This document shows, piece after piece, positions 50,853 through 64,000 of a stretch of DNA of 64,000 nucleotides (its first letter is position 1; each line of letters starts with the position of its first letter). The notes under the pieces are model-generated. The model ran no database searches. It was not told where the DNA came from and saw nothing but the letters and a program-made list of their open reading frames with translations. Source of the DNA: the human T2T-CHM13v2.0 reference genome, Homo sapiens; the NCBI RefSeq assembly GCF_009914755.1, contig NC_060947.1, one strand, 5' to 3'. Made by a program: the position numbers and the translations under genes.

Positions 50853-51587
50853 ATTTATTTATTTATTTATTTTTGAGACAGGTCTCACTCTGTTGCTCAG
50901 GCTGGAGTGCAATGGTGCCATCATGGCTCACTGCAACCTCCTCCTCCTGGGCTCAAGTGATCCTTTCACCTCAGGCTCCCAAGTAACTAGGGCTACAGGT
51001 GCATGCCACCACGCCTGGCTAATTTTTGTAGTTTTTGTAGAGAGGGGGTTTCACCATGTTGCCCAGGCTGGCCTTGAACTTCTAGCCTCAAGTGATCCTC
51101 CTGCCCCACCCACCAGCAATTTGTTTTTATTGTACATTTGGTTTTTAGCTTAAATTTATAATTTTTAACTCTTAAACACCTAGTACAGATAATGTAACAT
51201 TATTTAACTTGTAAACCCAAGAGAATAAAATCACGTCTGTATAATATTTAATGCTGTCAACTGTGAAGACAAGCTGTTTTTATTTAACCAACAGTCTTTT
51301 TGTTTCGTTTTACTTTGTTTTGTTTTTGAGGCAGCGTCTCACTCTGTTGCGCAGGCTGGAGTACAGTGGAACAATTATGGCTCACTGCAGCCTCAACCTT
51401 CCCGGGCTCAGGTGATCCTTTCACCTTAGCCTCCCACCACCACGCCTGGCTAATTTTTGTATTTTTTGTATTGACGGGATTTTACTAGGTTGCCCAGGCT
51501 GGTCTCAAACTGCTGGGCTCAAGCGATCCTCCCTCCTCAGCCTCCCAAAGTACTGGGTTTATAGGTTCGAGCCACTGCACCCAGCCT
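50853..51587 (-). mobile_element. Two antisense AluJ-like elements (~50853-51110, ~51297-51587)
   Basis: Alu consensus. Confidence 0.85.
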
Positions 51588-52099
51588 AACCAAAAATCTT
51601 AACTCAGCAATCTTAACCTAACTTTATTTACCAAAGATTATCCCAGATTATGTGAATTCGAAAAAAAAATTGGATTGGATTCTAGTTTTCTAAGAGTTCT
51701 AGGAATACTTAATTTACATAAGTGCTTAATTTATTTTAGACCAATTAAAGCAGAGCTCTTTTACAGGACTTTATGAGTTAATTTTGACAGCACTATTGCA
51801 AGGTAGAAAATACCACCTATACATAACATATATACATACATACATGGACAAATGTACAAAGGTACAGGCAAATGCAAATAGAGATCTTATAGCTTTCATT
51901 TAAAATTTTTAGCTATGAATCAGGCAAACATAGTAATAAAAAACTCACTAGTTTATATACAATAGTCAGATCCAAATTGTGTTTTTGGCAGATGGGCAAA
52001 TTAAGGTTACCTGTTTAATGAGGGCTAATTTTACTATTTGTGGAAGAGAATTTTGAGACTTTCATTTGCCCATGATAAATAATTTTATGATGACAATAG

Positions 52100-52707
<608 letters not shown>

Positions 52708-54358
52708 TAAATTTTCTCTGAGAAGGCACATTTGCTTACTGTTGGAAACCCAGGGCAATTGTTATTTGTGTTTTTTTTAAGTGCAGATTTCTTTGTGGTG
52801 GGGGTCCAAAATGCATCCGCAAAGGGAATTGTGTGGGAGTGCCTGGAGCTGATGGTTGTAGAGTAAGGGGCAGTAAAACAGCCTTGCTGCGCATTTTTGG
52901 GGGTCAGAGGTTGGGTGGCTTTGTTAAAGCTAGTTGCTGGCTATCAGTGTTTGTATAAGTCCCACACCTGCCTGAGTGTCTTTTGTAAGTCTTAACTTTT
53001 ATTCTAAGTCTGATCTCTGCTTCCTAATCTTGTTAAGGGGGTTTTTGCTCTCAGAAATGCACTCTCCCATTTCTTTTTTTCTTCTTCCCATCTGATCTTT
53101 CCACAGGTACCAAGAGGATATTTATTTAGGATGAGAGCTCTCTAAAGATTATTTTAGATGTCAAACCAAAGGATCTGTGTCTGGCCATCAGTGGATAGGA
53201 CCTCTGAAAGATACACCTACTCCGAATGTGGCAGAAACCATAAAGCCTTTTGATGGAAAGACCCAGAGGCAAATTTCCAGGCCGAGAGTAAGTTTTTACC
53301 ATGGACAAAAGAGACATCCCTGAAATGGGTGCAGATGATGTTGCCCCTGTGATTCCAAATAGGTCACTCCCAAAGATAGACATGGAATATGAAGGCATTC
53401 ATTGTCACAGGTGGTAAGGAAACTCCAGTCTTCCACAAAAGTGAGACACCTTCAATCACAAACCCACTAATCTGTGACACCAGGTAGGCAATACTGGGAC
53501 AGGAATTTCCCTAGCACATGTAAGGCAGCAAAGAGAAAAGACGCAGACTCAGCTCTGAGAGTTGGCACAGTTGCTAGGCAAAGTATCTTGGGTCCCCATC
53601 CTGATAGCTCACCACCTACAGATGCAAGCCCAACAACCTGCAACGCCAGCAGAAAAACCAGGGGGAATGTGCTCTCAATGGATCCAAGCCAAGCTCTCAA
53701 GACACAAGATAAGATGGAAGAAAAATCTCATCTTTTTAAAAAATTGGTGACCCACAGCAAAGTTGGTTCAAATGGAGACTGGTCCGGTGAGAACTGTAAA
53801 CTCACCAATCTGTGAGGTTGAACAACAGGCTTATAGGACATATGCCTGCATTTTACCCTATGATTCTTCCTCTTATGACAAATGACACAAAAGACAGAGA
53901 CAAAAGAATATTGTGGCTACCCTTTGAGAGAGAGATGGATCAGTAAGAAATGATCAAAGTCACACAAACCCAGAGAACTAACTTCACACAAATGTTTTCT
54001 CCTGTTAATCTAAACTTGGAAAGGAGAAATTTTTACCACCTGGTCTTGACCATAGTCTACACATGGAAATCTGGGATGCTGAGTTCAGGAAGAATTCTTA
54101 ACCTTTTACCAGTTTGGTCTGGGCCCCAGAGTTTTACTGTAGCCTCTGGGGTGAGTCAGGGACTTTGTTGGTTTTGTTCTCTGTTGTATCCCTAGCACCT
54201 AGAACAGCACTCAGGCACATAGCAGATTCTCAGAAAACTCTAGTTGAAGAATGGATGGGAGCCAGGCACATTGCAAACATCACTAAGATGCACAGATGTC
54301 CTCCAAGGTGGGCATTTGAATGAGACTCAGAGAGGACAGGTGAATTCCCCAAGGTCGC

Positions 54359-54767
54359 TGCTATGGTTTGAGTATTTGTCCTCTCCAAAATTTATGTTGA
54401 AGTTTAATTCCCAATTTGGTAGTGTGGAGAGGTAAGACCTTTGAAAGGTTATTGGGTCATGAAGGCTCTGCCGTCATGAATGGATTAATGGGTTAATGAA
54501 TTAACGGGTTACCATGGGAGTGAGACTGGTGGCCCTATAAAAAGAGGAAAAGAAACCTGAACTAGCACACTTAGCCTCCTTGCCATGTGATACCTATCTG
54601 CACTGCCTGAGGACTCTCAGAGAGTCCCCACCAGTAAGACCATCCTAACCAGATGTGCCCCCTCAACCTTGAACTTAGCCTCCAGAACTGTAAGAAATAA
54701 ATTGCCTTTCTTTATAAATCACCCGGTCTCAAGTATTCTGTTATAGCAACACAAAACCACTAAGACA
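54359..54767 (+). mobile_element. MSTB-like MaLR LTR
   Basis: Starts tgctatggtttga; ctccagaactgtaagaaataaatt; ends ctaagaca. Confidence 0.85.
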
Positions 54768-55328
54768 CCAGGCAAGTGGAACAGCATTGACTTACCCAAG
54801 AAGAGATACTGGGCTCACCAGGTAGCATCAGTTTAGCTAATTAATTATGAACAGTCTTGGTGTTGTTCAGGTATTTAGTGCCAGGGATGTGCTAACTGCT
54901 TTTCAGGTATTTTCTAACTTAATTATCACAATATCTTTTGAGGAGGTGCTGGCCCCATTATGACCTCTGTTTTACAGATAAAGAAACTGGGGCACAGAGA
55001 TGATATGTGACCTTGCTTCCAGGTCACTCAACCAGTGGATAATGAATTCAAGGCTCAAACCCTGTCTATCTGTGGCAGAAGCCATTGTCCTGAGGGCCTT
55101 GGTTAATAGTAAGAGCTAACTCTTAATGGGCAGCTGGGCTCTGTTACAGACACTTTACTGTGCTAAATCATTTCATCTCCACAGCAACACTGTCAGGAAG
55201 GTGCCTTTATTTTCCCATTTTACAGAGAGTGAAACTGAGGCACAGAGAGTTTAGGCAACTTACTCAAAGTTAAATAGTTGGGAAACGGATTAAAACACTG
55301 GAAGTCTTTCGGTGCTTTATGAGTTCTT

Positions 55329-55751
55329 TTTTTTTAGCAGTATTTAATAAATATAATTTATTGATATTTAACAATACTTAATGGATTTAATAAACTTATT
55401 AATATTTAACAATACTTAATAACATTAATCCATTGTCTAGCCCTTGAGTCCAAGAATTATTGCTCTAACAAAACAACAAGGACAACTAGGCCCTCCTACT
55501 TCCCTGTAGCCTCAACTAGATAAATGCAAATATGTTGGCTCATGCCTGTAATCCCAGCACTTTTTTTAAAAAATTTTATTATTATACTTTAAGTTTTAGG
55601 GTACATGTGCACAATGTGCAGGTTAGTTACATATGTATACATGTGCCATGCTGGTGTGCTGCACCCATTAACTCGTCATTTAGCATTACGTATATCTCCT
55701 AATGCTATCCCTCCCCCCTCCCCCCACCCCACAACAGTCCCCGGAGTGTGA
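55329..55751 (-). mobile_element. Very short L1PA (3' ~190 bp, 55561-55751) with 3'-transduced sequence (55336-55560)
   Basis: Whole unit enclosed by the perfect TSD tgctttatgagttctt (55313-55328, 55752-55767). Confidence 0.9.
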
Positions 55752-55767
55752 TGCTTTATGAGTTCTT

Positions 55768-56142
55768 ATGGAGGCTTCATTATGATTAAACCATTGACCA
55801 TTGGTGATCGACTCAATCTCTAGTCCCTCTCTCCTCCTTAGAGGTTGCAGGTGGGGAGGAAAGTCCCAACCCTCTAATCCTGCCATAGTTTTCTGGTGAC
55901 CAGCCCATCCTGAAGCTACCTAGCACTCTCAGCCACCAGTCATATTATTAGCATACAGAAGACACATCACTCCAGAGATTCCAAGAGTCTTGTGTTAGGA
56001 ACCGGGGACTGAGACCAAATATTATAGCAAAAGATGCTTCTACCACTCCTATCACTCAGGAAATTAAAAGGGTTTTAGAAGCTCTGTGCCAGGAACTGGA
56101 GATGAAGTCTAAATATGCATTTCCTATTATATCAGAATATCA
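55768..56142 (-). mobile_element. MER21-like LTR (target of the transducing L1)
   Basis: atggaggcttcatta...ccattggtgat...aaagtcccaaccctctaatc...ctctgtgccaggaac. Confidence 0.75.
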
Positions 56143-56344
56143 TGGTTGGTTTTCACCTGGTACAGAGGGTACAAAAGGTACAGCAGGTACAGACTCTAGC
56201 AGTGACCATCATCAGCATCTCAGAGGAGTGGCTGGATCTTTCTGCTAACCCACTCTCCCCAACACCCTCACAAATTTAACCCTTGATTTTGATTTTGGTA
56301 ACAAAGTGGAGTCTTCTTTTTGTTTGACAGTTTAATAATAATTG

Positions 56345-57327
<983 letters not shown>

Positions 57328-57403
57328 ATTGTTTGCAAATGTCATTATTGCACTCTTCCAATAATGTTATCTCAAAATTTAAGCATCATTCTGACACGCC
57401 ACA

Positions 57404-57862
57404 TTTTTTTTTTTTTTGAGACAGGGTGTGGCTCTGTTGCCCAGGCTGGAGTGCAGTGGCGTGATCTTGGCTTACCGCAACCTCTGCCTCCCGGGTTCAA
57501 GCGATTCTTGGGCCTCAGCCTCCTGAGTAGCTGGGATTACGGGCATGTGCCATCACTCCTGTGGCTAAAATTTTTGTATTTTTAGTAGAGACAGGGTTTT
57601 GCCATGTTGTCCAGGATGGTCTCGAAATCCTGACCTCAAGTGATCCACCTGCCTCAGCTTCCCAAAGTGTTGAGATTACAGACCTGAGCCACTGCCTCTG
57701 GCCCACTTGTTTACATGTATGTATGTGTATTAGAGACAAGATCTTGTTCTGTTGTCCAGGCTGGAGTGCAGTGGTGAGATCATAGGTCAGTGTAACCTCC
57801 AACTCCTGAGCTCAAGCAGTCCTCCCACCTTGGCCAGAGTGCTGCGACTACAGCACCTCGGC
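57404..57862 (-). mobile_element. Alu (~57404-57702) plus Alu fragment (~57730-57862)
   Basis: Alu consensus. Confidence 0.88.
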
Positions 57863-58199
57863 TATTGTTAGATATTATCAATCCTGATAGGATTGAAGTA
57901 TTTATTCTAAACAACACTCACTTTAATCTGGGTCTAGTATAGCCAATTTAGAGGTTAAGGCTCTATTTTTAAAACTGGAGTACATAGGACACACTGCACG
58001 AGTGTTTGGAACTATTGAGACTGTGACTCCAAGGGCCTGTTGGTATTTTCTGCAAGGCCCAGTGCTGTTTGTGTGGTCTCACACCAGAAGGCAAAGTTAC
58101 ACTCTGAACTGTCTAGCATCAGACATCTTGGGCCAGCAGGCCAGGGGTCAGCTTCTGTATATCCTTGTGGAATGAATGGCATGCAGGTCCCTGTGGAAG

Positions 58200-58290
58200 T
58201 TTCTGTCTCTCTCTTTCTTTCTCTGTCTCTCTCACTCTCTCCAACACACAGACACACACACACACACACACACACACGAACGCACGCACA
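58200..58290. repeat. (TC)n/(CA)n microsatellite
   Basis: Direct inspection. Confidence 0.9.
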
Positions 58291-58364
58291 ACCAGGGATC
58301 AGGGGCTTCTGGCAAGCCCCTGTCATTCAACTATTTCTATGTGTGTTTGTAGAGCATCTGAAAA

Positions 58365-58676
58365 TTTTCTTTTTTTCTTTCTTTTTTTTTTTGAGACAGA
58401 GTCTTGCTCTTGTCGCCCAGGTTGGAGTAGAATGGTGCCATCTTGGCTCAGTGCAACCTCCACCTCCCGGGTTCAAGTGATTCTCCTGCCTCAGCCTCCT
58501 GAGTAGCTGGGATTACAGGCGCCTGCCACCACACCTGGCTAATTTTTGTATTTCTGGTACAGATGGGCTTTTACCATGTTGGTCAGGCTGGTCTCAAACT
58601 CCTGACCTCAGGTGATCTGCCTGCCTCGGCCTCCCATAGTGCTGGGATTACAGGCGTGAGCCACTGTGCCCAGACC
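58365..58676 (-). mobile_element. AluSq/Sx-like
   Basis: TSD-like catctgaaaattttc / catctgacaattttc. Confidence 0.93.
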
Positions 58677-61162
58677 ATCTGACAATTTTCAAATGACTTC
58701 CACACATAGCATCTTATTTCACCCACACCATAACCCTCATAAGTATCTAACTGACTATCCTCATTTTAGCTTTATGGAAACAGATGTGGAGATGGAGGAC
58801 TGTGTCATAGGCAGAAGTGACTGAGCCTCAGCCTGAATTCAGGGTGATCTGTTGTGGGCTCTGTTCTCTACGACACTTGGCCTGTGGCCCCCACACAGGC
58901 CTGTCTTCCTATATCCCTCCTCTGTCTCTCCTCTCTGAGCCTCCCAGCATCCAATGGCCTCCTGCCACCGCTGTGGTTCTGCCTGGTCTCCTGGGGCTGG
59001 GATTCAAGGTCTAGAACTCTCCTTTCCTCCCAGCAGCTATAGCCTTTTCTCATGGCCTTCCAGTTCTCTCTGCAACTAACTTTCAGGCTGACAAACAAAT
59101 AAGCCCTTTCATACCTTTGTGGGATTGATAATATCTGAAAACATGTGGCCTTTAAGATCAATTTTTGAATCTGGAGATAACATCATTGGGCCAGTGTAAA
59201 ATTCTTATCCCAAGACCTTAATTTCCGATGGTGAAATTTAGGCATTGTGGTTATAGACATGAAGCTGTGTCATTGTGTGCATACCAAACCTTTTCCCTAC
59301 CCAACAAACCTTTTCTTCAGATCTGCTTTGCATTTAAGAACACTTCATAGCACAATTCGTTTCCTGCACTTTGGGGCAGGAAACAAATTGTGCTATGTAG
59401 TTCATTGGGAAGTAGAGGAGGGAGGGGCAAAGAGAGAAAGAGAAAGAAAGAAAGAGAGATTTAGAAAGGCAACTTTCCCCCCAAAGTTTCTCTTCATTGC
59501 CTGTGATAGTGCAATTATAAATGCTATCCTTATTTAATTAACTCGCAAATGGGAACCAAATGTAGCATCAGCATATCGGCCAGTGAGAAGGTAGAGATAT
59601 TTTTGTGACTTCTCTCCATCAAACTGTGTGATAGGGACAAGCCATTGAACTTCTCTGAGCCTGTTTCCTCATTTGAAAAATCACAGTAATGATTCCAACT
59701 TCACTAGTGTTTGTGAAGATGAAGCGATATATGAAATGGTATGCTTTACAACCTATAAATTACTTTGGTAATATAGGGCTTACATCATATACATCAATAA
59801 ACTAATGTGCCTTCTGTGGGCCCAGCTGGGGTATACCCAAATGCACCATGAAGCCAGCTGCCCTGGCCAATCTCCTCACCAGTGGGCTGAGAGGCCTCCC
59901 TCTGTTCTTCCCTCCCTTCAGGGATTAGCCTAACACTCACAGAGCTCCTGGAAGCCCCAAGGCTGTGCTTGCAGGACTGCAGGCTGCGGTAGACTCTGTT
60001 CTGGGCCACTGCCCTGCGGAGGCCAGGCTCCTTGTTGGTAAGGCCAGGAGCGCCCTAGCTCTTGGGAAAAAAAAAATGTTAGAAATGTCTCTAGGAGCCT
60101 GTGTGATGAAATGGTACAGCCCTGCTGGTGCTTTGCAGACATTGAAGGTCCTGTTTCACTTGATGAAAAGTTTGTGTGTGGAGAATTCTGTCCCCAGACT
60201 GAGGGACCCCACACCAACATGCGATTTACAGGGGTACATGTCCAGATGCCAAGGGAAAGCAGTCGTCCCTTCTGATCCCGTGTTAGTGGGGTGCCTGACA
60301 GACCCTGTGACTTAGGCCCCAGTACTCCCACCCTGAGCCCTGGGTAAGCACCACACAAATATACAGATCACAAATGAGAATAGGCCCCCAAACTCCCTAC
60401 TTTCATTTGAAACTGTTTGTAGCAGGGCTGAGAACTGTATATTGACCAGAACATCAGTGGCCTCAAGACTGTCACCATCTGAATCCAGTGTTCTCTTCCT
60501 GCTGTTTCCCACCCTCCTGAATGAAATCTATAGGATAATCATGAAGGTAGATTTTAAGACACCAGGGCTGTCATCTAGGTGGCATAAGTGACAGATGGCC
60601 TTCCAAGTGTGCTGTGGACACTGTAGTTGCTCAATGATAGGCATTGTCCTGTACAGCTCCCCATCTTCATCCAGTTCATCATGACCCCCCTGGGAACAGG
60701 GGACAGAGTAGACTGGAGTGTGCAGAACTTGGGAACTGGAGAATTTTGTAGAAGAAACTGATTTGGGGACACATTGCATTTAATGTCATTTCAGGACATC
60801 TGAATGGGAACATCCAGGTAGTGATATAGGGTGGGAGCTTGGGAGAGAAACGTAGTCCTGTCCTTGGGCTAATCACAGCCTGAGCATAAAGAATCTTGGA
60901 GAGAGCAGAGAATCAATGAAGAGACTTAAGGAAAGCACTGATTTCGGGTTCAGAAGAGACCAATGTTAGCCCAGTGAACCAACAAAGGAAGGAACAGGCC
61001 CAAGCCTCCACCAGAAGTTTACTTCAGTTTTATTGAACCAATGCCTACTAGATGCGGAACTACATTTCACTCTTGCTGTGTAAATACTGATTACATTTTT
61101 TTCCAGTTATGATGAAGTTTAGAACAGTGTATTTTTAGAATGTAATTTTGCTTTGACATCCC

Positions 61163-61477
<315 letters not shown>

Positions 61478-61566
61478 TATTTTTATTTTATTTTATTATT
61501 TTTGTGGTTTGCTTTGACATCTCTATAACCTGCAAGTTTAACTTCCCTTTGGAAACTGCACAGGGC

Positions 61567-64000
<2,434 letters not shown>

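Overview
Primate (almost certainly human) genomic DNA that I recognise as Xp11.23, at the end of the GAGE cancer/testis array. The window opens inside a GAGE gene on the + strand. It shows exon 4 (1496-1621), the Alu-derived 143-bp extra exon encoding the GAGE1-type C-terminus EMRSHYVAQ...SPRKP (2826-2968), and the last exon with its AATAAA (3824-~3938). The rest is repeat-dense intergenic DNA: about 40 Alus, a full-length but dead L1PA4-like element (17888-24042, -) that still has an open antisense ORF0, several truncated L1s, ERVL/MaLR/MER4-group LTR elements and microsatellites. There are also two processed pseudogenes on the - strand, VDAC1 (29462-31234, with TSDs) and SALL1 (from ~61567, running off the window end). 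I found no new multi-gene system. The most interesting signals are an L1 3' transduction bounded by a perfect 16-bp TSD (55313-55767), a probable second mini-transduction (26065-27598), an orphan CpG-rich promoter-like island (~25330-25740), splicing/NMD features of the GAGE1 Alu exon, and repeated re-use of insertion target sites. Repeat subfamily names come from recalled consensus sequences, not from a database search. Repeat boundaries without a quoted TSD are approximate.
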